Below, one piece after another: positions 10,966-20,408 of a stretch of 64,000 nucleotides of DNA; the first letter of the stretch is position 1; each line of letters starts with the position of its first letter. The position numbers and the translations under genes are program-made. The notes under the pieces are model-generated. The model did no database searches. It had not been told where the DNA came from and saw nothing but the letters and a program-made list of their open reading frames with translations. The stretch is from Pseudomonadota bacterium (GTDB lineage: Bacteria; Pseudomonadota; Alphaproteobacteria; Caulobacterales; Caulobacteraceae). The DNA lies in assembly GCA_034189955.1 (NCBI GenBank), contig JAXHTU010000002.1:2087-66086 (forward strand). Reading direction: 5' to 3'.

Positions 10966-13242
10966 ATGATGCTGGGCGATCCCCCCCATTCCGCAGACGA
11001 GCGAAACCTCCGCGCCCACCGGGCCTCCGGCGCTTTCGGAGAGGCGGCATTCGAGGATGGCTCGTCGGCCACCTGGGCCGAAGAGTTCCAGGAGGCGCCC
11101 GGTTTCGACCTCGCGGTCTACTGGCGTCTGGCGCTCAAGCACCGGATCCTGATCATCGGCTGCTTCCTCGGCGCCCTGGCCATCGGCGCGGCCGTGACCC
11201 TGCTGATGACGCCGATCTACACCGCCACGGCCACCGTGCAGATCGACCGCGAAGCCGCCCGCGTCGTCACGTCCGAGGACGTCACGCCGCGCGAAAGCAT
11301 GAGCCAGGGCGAGGAATTCTTCCAGACCCAGTACGGCCTGCTGCGCAGTCGCTCTCTGGCTGAACGCGTCGTCGAAAGCCTCGGCCTCGGCAGCTCGGAC
11401 CAGGCGTTGGCGACGCTCGGCGTCGAACCGCCGGAGCGCTTCGGTTCCGCGGCCGCCCAGGCGGAACGCCGCCGCAACATGGCCCTCGAGGTCGTCCAGG
11501 ACGGGCTCGGCGTCACGCCCGTGCGCGGTTCGCGCCTGGTCGCGGTCAGCTTCGACAATCCGGATCCGGTGGTCGCCGCCCGCGTCGCCAACGCCTTCGC
11601 CGAGAATTTCATCCAGTCGAATCTGGATCGCAAATACGAAAGCTCATCCTACGCCCGGGAATTCCTCGAAGAGCGCATCGCCCAGACCAAGGGCCGTCTC
11701 GAGGACGCCGAGCGCCAGCTGGTCACCTATGCGGCCAACCAGGAAATCATCAACGTCGGCGGCAGCGCCGATGAAAGCGACACCAACAGCGGTCCGACCC
11801 AGTCCCTCGCCTCGAACAACCTCGTGGCCCTGAACAGCGCCCTCGCCCGCGCTCGCGCGGACCGGGTGGCGGCCGAGGAAAAATGGCGTTCGGCGCGCAC
11901 CAACTCGCTGATGACCCTGCCGGAGGTGCTGGAGAACCAGTCGATCCAGCGGCTTAGCGAACAACGCGCCGAACTCGACGCCGAGTATCAGCAGAAGCTG
12001 AGCATCTACCAGGACGACTACCCCGAGATGGTCCGCCTGCGCGCGCAGATCAATGAGATCGAAGGGCAGGTCCAGACCCTGGCCGCCAACATCCGCCGTT
12101 CGATCCAGAACGAGTACACCGTGGCCGCCAGCGAGGAACGCTCGCTGCAGGCCCAGGTCAACGGCCTGAAGGGCGATGTCCTCGACCTGCGCGACCGGTC
12201 GATCCAGTACAACATCCTTCAGCGCGAACTCGACACCACGCGGACGCTCTACGAGAGCCTGCTGCAGCGCTACAAGGAAATCGCCGTCACCGGCGACGTC
12301 ACCGCCAACAACATCTCCATCGTCGACAGCGCCCGGCCCCCGGCCGCGCCGTCCAAGCCGAACCTGCTGATCAATCTTGTGCTCGCGGCCCTGTTCGGCC
12401 TCGGCCTCGGGGTGGTCGCCGCCCTCGTGCTGGAAGCTCTGGACGAGACCCTGGCCAGCCCCGACGACGTCGAGAAGAAGCTCGGGGTTCCGGTGCTTGG
12501 CGTCGTGCCGCTGCTGGACAAGGGGCAGACCACCGCCGCCGCCCTGGCCGATATCCGGTCCGGCTTCTCCGAGGCCTACTATTCGCTGCGAACCGCCTTG
12601 CAGTTCTCCACGCCCGACGGCGCGCCCTCCAGCCTGCTGGTGTCCAGCGCCCGGCCGGCCGAGGGCAAGTCGACCACCGCCTACGCCGTGGCGCTCAATC
12701 TGGCGCGCGTCGGCAAGCGGGTGCTGCTGATCGACGGCGACCTGCGCAACCCCTCCATGCACCGCGTGGTCGGCGTCGACAACGAACGCGGCATGAGCAA
12801 TCTGCTGTCGGGCTCGTCGGACCTGCAGAGCGTCGTCCAACGCACCCGCCAGGACAATCTCTTCTTCATCCCCTGCGGCCCCCTGCCGCCCAACCCCGCG
12901 GAACTGTGGGGCAGCGACCGCCTGCGCCAGTTCCTCGCCGAGGCGCGCGAAAGCTTCGACCATGTCGTGGTCGACGGCCCGCCGGTGCTCGGCTTCGCGG
13001 ACTCCCCGCTGCTGGCGGCGACCGTCGGCGGCGTCCTGTTCGTGCTGGAGTCGCGCGGCACCCGCCGCGGCCAGGCCAAGGGCGCCCTGCGCCGGCTCCA
13101 GGTCGGCCGCGCCCGTCTGCTGGGCGCCGTCCTGACCAAGTTCAACGCCAAGGCGACGTCCTACGGCGGGTATGACTACGCGTACGACTACAATTACGGG
13201 GCGGAAGGCGAGCCGCAGGCGCGGAAGGACAAGAAGGCTTGA
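10966..13242 (+). CDS. wzc: Polysaccharide co-polymerase / BY-kinase (Wzc/GumC)
   Basis: Two TM segments flanking a coiled-coil periplasmic domain; Walker A SARPAEGKST, LLIDGDLR, VVVDGPPVLG; Tyr-rich tail YGGYDYAYDYNY. Confidence 0.92.
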   Translation: MMLGDPPHSADERNLRAHRASGAFGEAAFEDGSSATWAEEFQEAPGFDLAVYWRLALKHRILIIGCFLGALAIGAAVTLLMTPIYTATATVQIDREAARVVTSEDVTPRESMSQGEEFFQTQYGLLRSRSLAERVVESLGLGSSDQALATLGVEPPERFGSAAAQAERRRNMALEVVQDGLGVTPVRGSRLVAVSFDNPDPVVAARVANAFAENFIQSNLDRKYESSSYAREFLEERIAQTKGRLEDAERQLVTYAANQEIINVGGSADESDTNSGPTQSLASNNLVALNSALARARADRVAAEEKWRSARTNSLMTLPEVLENQSIQRLSEQRAELDAEYQQKLSIYQDDYPEMVRLRAQINEIEGQVQTLAANIRRSIQNEYTVAASEERSLQAQVNGLKGDVLDLRDRSIQYNILQRELDTTRTLYESLLQRYKEIAVTGDVTANNISIVDSARPPAAPSKPNLLINLVLAALFGLGLGVVAALVLEALDETLASPDDVEKKLGVPVLGVVPLLDKGQTTAAALADIRSGFSEAYYSLRTALQFSTPDGAPSSLLVSSARPAEGKSTTAYAVALNLARVGKRVLLIDGDLRNPSMHRVVGVDNERGMSNLLSGSSDLQSVVQRTRQDNLFFIPCGPLPPNPAELWGSDRLRQFLAEARESFDHVVVDGPPVLGFADSPLLAATVGGVLFVLESRGTRRGQAKGALRRLQVGRARLLGAVLTKFNAKATSYGGYDYAYDYNYGAEGEPQARKDKKA

Positions 13243-14510
13243 GGGACCGCGCGGACGCCGCCGCCCCGGCCGCCCGACCGAAAGGCCGGATGGGGGAATA
13301 CGCCCCCTATGTCCTGACGGTCGGGGCGATATGGCTGGGCTGGCAGATCCTGCTTCAGCCGGTCATCCAGCGCGCGCCGCCCGAGATCTCGGTTCGCGTC
13401 GCTCCGGGCTCGCCGATGGTGCTGAGACGCGCCGCCGAGGCGGAACTGGTCGCCGGACATGCGAACGAAGACGCGCGCCGGTTCGAGAACGCCGCCGTCC
13501 TCGCCCGCGAATCCCTGGCCCGCGCGCCCTTCAGCGTCCGCGCCCTGCGCGTCATCGGCCTGGCGGAGGCCCGCGCCGGCCGCGAGGCCGCCGCCAACGA
13601 CATCCTGACCCTCGCCGGCAACTGGAGCCTTCGCGACGATCCCGCCCACGCCTGGCTGGTCGACCATCGGCTGAAGCGGGGCGACTACGCCTCGGCCTTC
13701 GCCCACGCCGACACCCTCGTCCGCCGGCGCGAGGATATCCGGCCGCAGGTGTTCCGCCTGTTCACCGTCGCCGCCACCCATGACACCGCCCGCGCCCTGC
13801 CCGAGGTGGCGCGCCTGCTGGCCCTGGGCCCGCCATGGCGGCAGACCTATCTCGACAGCCTGTACGAGAACGTCGAGGGGTTGCAGGTCGCGGTCAACCT
13901 CGCCGTCCTGCTGCAGCACACCAAGGCGCCGCTGAGTAATGCGGAACTGACCCAGTTCTACATGCACCTGCTCGACAAGGGTCAGATCCAGGCGGTCAGG
14001 ACCGTGCGTGAACGCCTCAACCGGCCGCCCGCGGCGCCGATCTCCAACGGCGGCTTCGGCGATCCGGCCGCCCCCCAGCCGTTCCAGTGGCGGCTGGCCC
14101 AGGAGGTCGGGGCCGTGGTCGAGATCGTGCCCGACGAGATTCGTCCGTCCGACCCGGCGTTGCGGATTGCCTACGACGGCTATTCGACCGTGCAATTCGC
14201 GGAACAGTTGTTGCTGCTGTCTCCGGGGCGCTATCGGCTGACGGCCCAGGTGCGGGCCGAAGCCGGCGAGCCGTCCGAGCATCTGATCTGGTCCGTGACC
14301 TGCGCGCCCGGCGACCTGCGCATCCTCTCGGCCCCCGCCATCGGTCCGTCGGCGACGGCTTGGGGCCCGCTGTCGCTGGATTTCACCGTGTCCGAGGCCT
14401 GCGTCGGTCAGTGGCTGCGACTCGAAAGCCGCGGCGGCGACCGGCGCAAGTCGAACGTGGCCTGGATCGACCGGGTCGCCATCACCCCGCTTTCGGCCGT
14501 CCGGAACTGA
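13239..14510 (+). CDS. Membrane-anchored TPR-like protein with a C-terminal carbohydrate-binding-like beta domain
   Basis: N-terminal TM, helical repeats, ISNGGF..FQWRL beta-sandwich-like C-terminus; GTGA overlap with the wzc stop. Confidence 0.6.
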   Translation: MRDRADAAAPAARPKGRMGEYAPYVLTVGAIWLGWQILLQPVIQRAPPEISVRVAPGSPMVLRRAAEAELVAGHANEDARRFENAAVLARESLARAPFSVRALRVIGLAEARAGREAAANDILTLAGNWSLRDDPAHAWLVDHRLKRGDYASAFAHADTLVRRREDIRPQVFRLFTVAATHDTARALPEVARLLALGPPWRQTYLDSLYENVEGLQVAVNLAVLLQHTKAPLSNAELTQFYMHLLDKGQIQAVRTVRERLNRPPAAPISNGGFGDPAAPQPFQWRLAQEVGAVVEIVPDEIRPSDPALRIAYDGYSTVQFAEQLLLLSPGRYRLTAQVRAEAGEPSEHLIWSVTCAPGDLRILSAPAIGPSATAWGPLSLDFTVSEACVGQWLRLESRGGDRRKSNVAWIDRVAITPLSAVRN

Positions 14511-14642
14511 TGTCGATTACCGCTCCGGAGACGGCCGTTGGCGGGAAATCGTATTGATTTCGAAACAATCGCCGCTTATACCGCTAGGCGATACATCGCG
14601 GGCCCGCCCGTATAAAAGTCCTGTTTAGAAGGGGATCTACAT

Positions 14643-14867
14643 ATGCGTAAGACCATCGCCGCTGTCACGGCGGGCCTGCTGCTCGTCGCCGGCCAAGCCG
14701 CCGCCGCCAACAACTCCGCCGTCACCCGCGTCGGCGACCGCGTGGGCGCCAACGCCGACGCCTCGTCGGAATTCGCCGGCGTTCCGCTCCCGGTTCTGCT
14801 GATCGGCGCCGCCGTGATCGTGGCCACCGCCGTGGTCATCAGCGAAGACGACTCGGAAAGCGACTAA
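14643..14867 (+). CDS. 74-aa protein: signal peptide, short polar linker, C-terminal TM helix, acidic tail
   Basis: MRKTIAAVTAGLLLVAGQAAA signal; VPLPVLLIGAAVIVATAVVIS TM; EDDSESD tail; AAGGGG RBS; host-like codon usage. Confidence 0.75.
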   Translation: MRKTIAAVTAGLLLVAGQAAAANNSAVTRVGDRVGANADASSEFAGVPLPVLLIGAAVIVATAVVISEDDSESD

Positions 14868-14912
14868 ACCGACCTGGTTCGCGTTTCGCCAGCTTCTGAG
14901 CCGACTTAGCGC

Positions 14913-16268
14913 GTGCCAATCAAGGTTCTGAAGGGCCAGTGGGATCTCGTCGCGATAGCGGCGATCGTCCTGCTGGCCTTTTCTGTTGTTCTGGGCGGAG
15001 CCAGCAGCGATCACGTGCTGCGCCTGGCGATCGTCCAGTTGGCGGCCCTGCCGCTGCTGGTTCTGGGCGCGGGGCGTCTGATACGGTCGGGCCAATGGCG
15101 CGAGCATCGCTTCGCTCTGGGCCTTGTCGTCGCTCTGACGGCCATACCCCTGATCCAGTTGATTCCCCTTCCGCCCGCCGTCTGGACCGGACTGGCGGGC
15201 CGTGAAGAGATGGTTCTGGCGCTGGAGCTGGCCGGGGTGCGGCCGGGCTGGGCTCCGCTCAGCCTCACGCCCGACCTGACCTGGGGATCCGCCCTCGCCC
15301 TGATCCCGCCCGTCGCGGTCTTTCTGGCGGTCCTGACGACGCCGCATACCCTGACAACCCGCCTCGTCCACGTCTATCTGATCGCCGCCGTCGCCGGCGT
15401 GCTTCTGGGCGCGGCCCAGCTGGCGAGCGGCGGCGAGCGCCTCTATCCGTGGGAAACCACCAGCGCCGGCTCGGTGACCGGCTTCTTCGCCAACCGCAAC
15501 CATCTCGCCACCCTGCTGCTGGCCTGTCTGCCGTTCGCCGCCGTCTTCGGCGCCGCCACGATGCGTCGGCGAGCCGACGACCGGCGCCTGGCGCTCTGGT
15601 TTGGCGCCCTGTTCATGGGCCTGGTGATCATCGGACTGGCCGCCATCCGCTCGCGCGCCGGCGTCATCCTGATCGGCCCGGCCGCGGTCGCCAGCCTGCT
15701 CGCCGCCTGGATCGCGGCGGGCCGCGGCCGCCCCGCGCCCGGACTGATCGCCCTGGCGGGGGCGGTGGCCGCGGCGGTCGCCGTCGTGGCGGTGATCGCC
15801 CTGCCGCCGATCCTCGCCCGCTTCGACGCCCAGAGCGCGCCCGAGGGCCGGTTCGAGGCCTGGCCGATCGTGGCCGGCGCCGCCGACGCCTATCTGCCGC
15901 TGGGTTCGGGAATCGGCAGTTTCGACGCTGTCTTCCGGTCGGTCGAGCCGCTGGAACAGCTGGATCCCACCTTCTTCAACCACGCCCACAACGACTATCT
16001 GGAAACCTGGCTCGAGGCCGGCTGGCCGGGGGCGATCCTGATCATCGCCTTCCTCGTCTGGTACGGCCGCCGGCTCTGGAGCGCCTGGCGGGCCGGCACG
16101 TCGCGCGAGCGCGACCTGCAGCGGGCGGCGAGCATCGCCCTGCTGGTCATGCTGGTCCATTCCGCGGCCGACTATCCATTGCGCACGGCGACCCTGGCGG
16201 TTCTGTTCGCCCTGTGCGTCGCGATCCTCGAGAAGGCGGGTCAGCCGACCGCGCGCGAGCTGGCCTGA
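14913..16268 (+). CDS. O-antigen ligase / Wzy_C family membrane protein
   Basis: Multiple TMs; GFFANRNHLA, SRAG, GSGIGSF, NHAHNDYLETWLEAG, DYPLRT. Confidence 0.85.
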   Translation: MPIKVLKGQWDLVAIAAIVLLAFSVVLGGASSDHVLRLAIVQLAALPLLVLGAGRLIRSGQWREHRFALGLVVALTAIPLIQLIPLPPAVWTGLAGREEMVLALELAGVRPGWAPLSLTPDLTWGSALALIPPVAVFLAVLTTPHTLTTRLVHVYLIAAVAGVLLGAAQLASGGERLYPWETTSAGSVTGFFANRNHLATLLLACLPFAAVFGAATMRRRADDRRLALWFGALFMGLVIIGLAAIRSRAGVILIGPAAVASLLAAWIAAGRGRPAPGLIALAGAVAAAVAVVAVIALPPILARFDAQSAPEGRFEAWPIVAGAADAYLPLGSGIGSFDAVFRSVEPLEQLDPTFFNHAHNDYLETWLEAGWPGAILIIAFLVWYGRRLWSAWRAGTSRERDLQRAASIALLVMLVHSAADYPLRTATLAVLFALCVAILEKAGQPTARELA

Positions 16269-16277
16269 CCGCAGACC

Positions 16278-16862
16278 TCAGCCGGGCGACCCGGCCATCG
16301 GCTCGAGTCCGGACAGCGGCGTCGCCGCCACCGGTTCCGGCAACGCCTCGCGCCACGCCGCCGCCGGGTTCAGCGCCGCCGTGGCTTCCAGAAACGTTCC
16401 AGGCTTCATCGACGGCTCCGGGGCCGTGCGCAGGCCGGCGATCCGCGCCAGATCGGCGATGAAGGTGATGCAGTTGCGCCGCCGCAGGTCATAGACCGAG
16501 CCTTCGGGACTGTTCCACCACTCGGCCCGGGCCTTCAACGCGTGCCAGGTGGCGTCGTCGACCGTCAGCGTCAGGAACGGCTTGCCCTCGTCGACATAAC
16601 GGGCGTCCGGCTCGGTCACCACGCCGCCGCCGCGCACGAACAGCAAATGCGGCCCGGGGCTGCTGGCCGTGAAGCCCGCCGCCCAGTCGACCGGCTCCCC
16701 CGTCGCCTCCTCGGTCCCTTCGGCATGCACATAGGCGTGGGGGAACAGCAGATAGCCGCCCCGCACCCGCGCCCCGGGGTGGGCGTAGAAGGTCACCGTC
16801 ACCTCGGCCCAGGCGTGGCCGGCGATGAGGGCCAGAAGAGCCCCCAGGACCCATGCGCGCAT
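16278..16862 (-). CDS. Secreted protein with a permuted papain-like (H...NC) signature
   Basis: Signal peptide MRAWVLGALLALIAGHAWA; FPHAYV and YDLRRRNCITF resemble the His and NC motifs of LRAT/PPPDE-like enzymes. Confidence 0.6.
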   Translation of the reverse strand: MRAWVLGALLALIAGHAWAEVTVTFYAHPGARVRGGYLLFPHAYVHAEGTEEATGEPVDWAAGFTASSPGPHLLFVRGGGVVTEPDARYVDEGKPFLTLTVDDATWHALKARAEWWNSPEGSVYDLRRRNCITFIADLARIAGLRTAPEPSMKPGTFLEATAALNPAAAWREALPEPVAATPLSGLEPMAGSPG

Positions 16863-16972
16863 ACTGTGTCTCCGTGCCGCCCGGACCGATGATGACGGAC
16901 CCTCCGGAACGCGCAAGGGCCGCCGGGGATGCGCTCCCCGACGGCCCTTGTTCCGCATCCGCCGATGGGTGG

Positions 16973-18505
16973 TCAGTGCGAGGCGGGCGCCGCCACCACG
17001 TCGGCGCTCCGGGTCCGCGTCCGCGCGGCGGCCACGGCGAAGACCGTCAGCAGCACATAGCCGATCATCGGCACCACGAAGGCCATGTTCAGATTGCTCA
17101 GGTCCGCCACCCGGCCGCCGATCAACGGCAGGATCGCCCCGCCGATGATGGCCATGCACAGCAGGCCCGAGGTCGCCGACGCGCCGGCCGTCGACCGCTC
17201 CAGCGTCAGGGTGAAGATGGCCGGGAACATGATCGAGTTGAACAGACCCACGGCCAGGGCCGCGAACGCCGCGTTGACGCCTCCGGTCTGGCTGACGATC
17301 AGGCACAGCACGGCGGCGCAGGCGGTGCAGACGGACAGCAGAACGCCCGCCGGCACCCGCGTCAGGAAGGCGCTGCCGGCGAAGCGGCCCATCAGGGCGC
17401 CGGCCCAGTACAGCGCCACCAGCCGGCCCGCGTCGTGGATCGGCAGGCCCAGGGTGCGGTCCGAATGCAGCAGATTGGTCATCAGGCTGCCGATGGTCAC
17501 TTCCGACCCGACGTAGATGAAGATCGCGATGGCGCCGAACACGGCCCAGCGCGAGTTCAGCGCCTTGAGCGGCGACCCCGGAGTTTCCGCCGCCGCGCTG
17601 GCGGCGCTGGCCGAGGTCAGCTTGCCGCGCACCGTCCAGATGAAGGCGCCCAGCAGGGCGAAGAACACCGCCAGGCCGATGAAGATGGTGTCGATGTTGC
17701 GCAGGGTCGCGGCGCGCGCCGTTTCGTCCATCACCACCGGAGCCGCCTCCGCCGCCACGCTCGCCGCCGAGGCGGCGGCCGAGGCCGCATAGCCGCCCAT
17801 GCCGCCGACGTAGTTGTGCAGGAAGATCACCCAGCCGACGACCAGACCGGCCGCCGCGCCGACGACCAGCCAGCCCTTGACGTCCTTGCGCAGGGCGCCG
17901 ACCAGAAGCCCGGCGACAAGGCCGAAGCCGACGCCGAGCAAGATCAGCAACAGGGCCGTGGGGGACGCCAGGGCGCTGACGCCGCCGACGGCGAAGATGC
18001 CGCCCGAAAGCATGACCGTGGCGCCCAGCAGCGGCCCGACCACCGTGCCGAGGGAGTTGAAGGCCTGGGAGAACACCAGCCGGAAATGAGATCCCTTCGG
18101 CGTGCCCAGCGACGCCGCCAGCGGATTGGCCGCGACCTGCAACAGGGTCACGCCCGCGGCGATGACGAACAGGGCGACCAGCACCCCGGGGTAGAAGTCC
18201 ATGAGCGTGGACAGCGGCACGATCAGCGCGCCGAGGACCATCACCGCCAGCGCCCCGACGATCGACCTCGCATAGCCCAGCCGCGCCAGAAGCGCCGCCG
18301 CCGGCAGGGAGACCACGCCATAGGCGGTGAACCATGCGAACTGGGTCAGCAGGGCCTCGGTGAAATTCAGGTCGAACACGCCCTTCACCGCCGCGATCAG
18401 CGGGTCGATCAGCGCCGTGGCGAAGCCCCAGGCGAAGAACAGGGTGGTCACATAGGCGAAGGCGAGGGTCGTCCCTGCGCGCGCCGGCGTCTGTTGGTCG
18501 GTCAT
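16973..18505 (-). CDS. Glucose/galactose MFS transporter (GluP/FucP family)
   Basis: TTLFFAWGF, LLQVAANP, SQAFNSLGT, IFIYVGSEV, SIMFPAIF, MAIIGGA. Confidence 0.9.
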   Translation of the reverse strand: MTDQQTPARAGTTLAFAYVTTLFFAWGFATALIDPLIAAVKGVFDLNFTEALLTQFAWFTAYGVVSLPAAALLARLGYARSIVGALAVMVLGALIVPLSTLMDFYPGVLVALFVIAAGVTLLQVAANPLAASLGTPKGSHFRLVFSQAFNSLGTVVGPLLGATVMLSGGIFAVGGVSALASPTALLLILLGVGFGLVAGLLVGALRKDVKGWLVVGAAAGLVVGWVIFLHNYVGGMGGYAASAAASAASVAAEAAPVVMDETARAATLRNIDTIFIGLAVFFALLGAFIWTVRGKLTSASAASAAAETPGSPLKALNSRWAVFGAIAIFIYVGSEVTIGSLMTNLLHSDRTLGLPIHDAGRLVALYWAGALMGRFAGSAFLTRVPAGVLLSVCTACAAVLCLIVSQTGGVNAAFAALAVGLFNSIMFPAIFTLTLERSTAGASATSGLLCMAIIGGAILPLIGGRVADLSNLNMAFVVPMIGYVLLTVFAVAAARTRTRSADVVAAPASH

Positions 18506-18550
18506 CTCACTCCCCGGGGTGGTCGCGCTTCCGATGCGCGCGACGCTTGG

Positions 18551-18562
18551 GTAAACGGTTTC
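18551..18562. promoter_or_regulatory. Candidate LacI-family operator between divergent gluP-like and GH13 genes
   Basis: GTAAACGGTTTC fits GnAAnCGnTTnC; a weaker similar site lies at ~18582-18593. Confidence 0.45.
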
Positions 18563-18671
18563 ATCGTCATCGGGCCGCGTCCAGACGTTTTACCGGAACC
18601 GTAACCAAAAGTGGCCGCTATCCACAGCCGGGGCGGCCCGCGCTACGGTGGCGGCAAATCCGGGGACGAGC

Positions 18672-20297
18672 GTGACCTTACAGCATCGAGACATCCCGCC
18701 GGCCGGGATCGACGCCGCCGAATGGTGGCGCGGCGCGGTCGTCTATCAGGTCTATCCGCGCAGCTTCGCCGACAGCAACGACGACGGCGTCGGCGATCTG
18801 AGGGGTGTCACGGACCATCTCGACCACATCGCCTCGCTGGGCGTCGGCGCCGTCTGGCTGTCGCCCTTCTTCACCTCGCCGATGAAGGATTTCGGCTACG
18901 ACGTGTCCGACTACCGCGACGTCGATCCGGTCTTCGGCCAGCTCGCCGACTTCGACGCCCTGATCGCCCGGGCGCACGACCTGGGCCTGAAGATCATCAT
19001 CGATCTGGTGTTCGCCCACACCTCGGACCAGCACGCCTGGTTCCACGAGAGCCGCCAGTCGCGCGCCAATCCAAAGGCCGACTGGTACGTCTGGGCCGAC
19101 GCGAAGGAAGACGGTACGCCGCCGTCGAACTGGCAGTCGGTGTTCGGCGGCCCGGCCTGGACCTGGGACGCCCGGCGCGGCCAGTACTACATGCACAACT
19201 TCCTGCCGGAGCAGCCGCAGCTGAACCTTCACCTGCCGGCGGTGCAGGACGCCCTGCTGGACGTGGCCCGCTTCTGGCTCGACCGCGGCGTCGACGGCTT
19301 CCGCTTCGACGCGATCAATTTCGCCATGCACGACCCCCTCCTGCGGGACAATCCGCCCCTCCCGCCCGGCGGCAAGCGGACCCGGCCGTTCGACTTCCAG
19401 GACAAGGTCCACAACCAGTCGCAGCCTGAGATCCCCGACTTCCTCAAACGCATCCGCGCCCTGACCGACCGCTATGGCGGCCGCTTCAGCGTCGCCGAGG
19501 TCGCCGGCGACCACCCCGAGGCCGAGATGCAGGCCTTCACCGCCGGCGAAGCGCATCTCAACAGCGCCTACGGCTTCCTCTACCTCTACGCCCCGACCTT
19601 CTCCGATCAGCTGGCGCGGCAGGGGGCCGAGACCTGGCACGGCCGCGACGGCCAGGGCTGGCCGTCCTGGGCCTTCTCCAACCACGACGCGCCGCGCGCC
19701 GTCTCGCGCTGGGCCGGCGGGCGCGACCCGCGCGCCTTCGCCGGCATGGCCATGCTGTTGCTGATGTGCCTGCGCGGCAACGTCTTCGTCTACCAGGGCG
19801 AGGAGCTGGCCCTGCCCCAGGCCGAGGTGCCGTTCGACCGGCTGGTCGATCCCGAGGCCATCGCCAACTGGCCCCAGACCCTCGGACGCGACGGCGCCCG
19901 CACGCCGATGCCATGGGCGGCCGACCAGCCCCACGCCGGCTTCTCCAGCGCCGAACCGTGGCTGCCGGTCGACCCGCGTCACCTCGCCCTCGCCGTCGAC
20001 CGGCAGGAGGCCGATCCGTCGTCCATGCTCCACCTGACCCGGCGTCTGGTCGCCCTGCGCAAGGCCCATCCGGCCCTGACCCGCGGCGAGATGCGCCTGC
20101 TGGACGCCCCTCCGGGCCTGCTGTGCTTCGAACGCGCGCTGGCCGGCGAGCGGCTGCTGTGCGTCTTCAACACCGTCGAACAGGCCCTCGACTGGACCGC
20201 CCCCCACGGCTGGCGAGTGATCGAGGCCGTCAATCTGCCCGCCGAGCCCGGCGGCCGCCTGCCGCCCACGGCCGGGCTGGTGCTCGCCCTCGACTGA
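18672..20297 (+). CDS. GH13 alpha-glucosidase / oligo-1,6-glucosidase (start may be GTG 18648)
   Basis: WWRGAVVYQVYPRSF, DFGYDVSDY, DLVFAHTS, GFRFDA, SNHD, YQGEEL, GRDGARTPMPW. Confidence 0.92.
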   Translation: MTLQHRDIPPAGIDAAEWWRGAVVYQVYPRSFADSNDDGVGDLRGVTDHLDHIASLGVGAVWLSPFFTSPMKDFGYDVSDYRDVDPVFGQLADFDALIARAHDLGLKIIIDLVFAHTSDQHAWFHESRQSRANPKADWYVWADAKEDGTPPSNWQSVFGGPAWTWDARRGQYYMHNFLPEQPQLNLHLPAVQDALLDVARFWLDRGVDGFRFDAINFAMHDPLLRDNPPLPPGGKRTRPFDFQDKVHNQSQPEIPDFLKRIRALTDRYGGRFSVAEVAGDHPEAEMQAFTAGEAHLNSAYGFLYLYAPTFSDQLARQGAETWHGRDGQGWPSWAFSNHDAPRAVSRWAGGRDPRAFAGMAMLLLMCLRGNVFVYQGEELALPQAEVPFDRLVDPEAIANWPQTLGRDGARTPMPWAADQPHAGFSSAEPWLPVDPRHLALAVDRQEADPSSMLHLTRRLVALRKAHPALTRGEMRLLDAPPGLLCFERALAGERLLCVFNTVEQALDWTAPHGWRVIEAVNLPAEPGGRLPPTAGLVLALD

Positions 20298-20408
20298 GCC
20301 CGTCGCCGCTCACGTTTGGTTTCCCGCCATGGTCCGGCCGCCGGATTTGCGGCAAACCTCTCGCCGTCGCGCGGGGCCGCGCGGCCCTGTTTGCGTGGAG
20401 TGAGCCCG

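Noticed and set aside
14553-14569. ATTGATTTCGAAACAAT as an FNR/FixK box
   Set aside because: The right half does not fit TTGAT-N4-ATCAA; only a bulged palindrome
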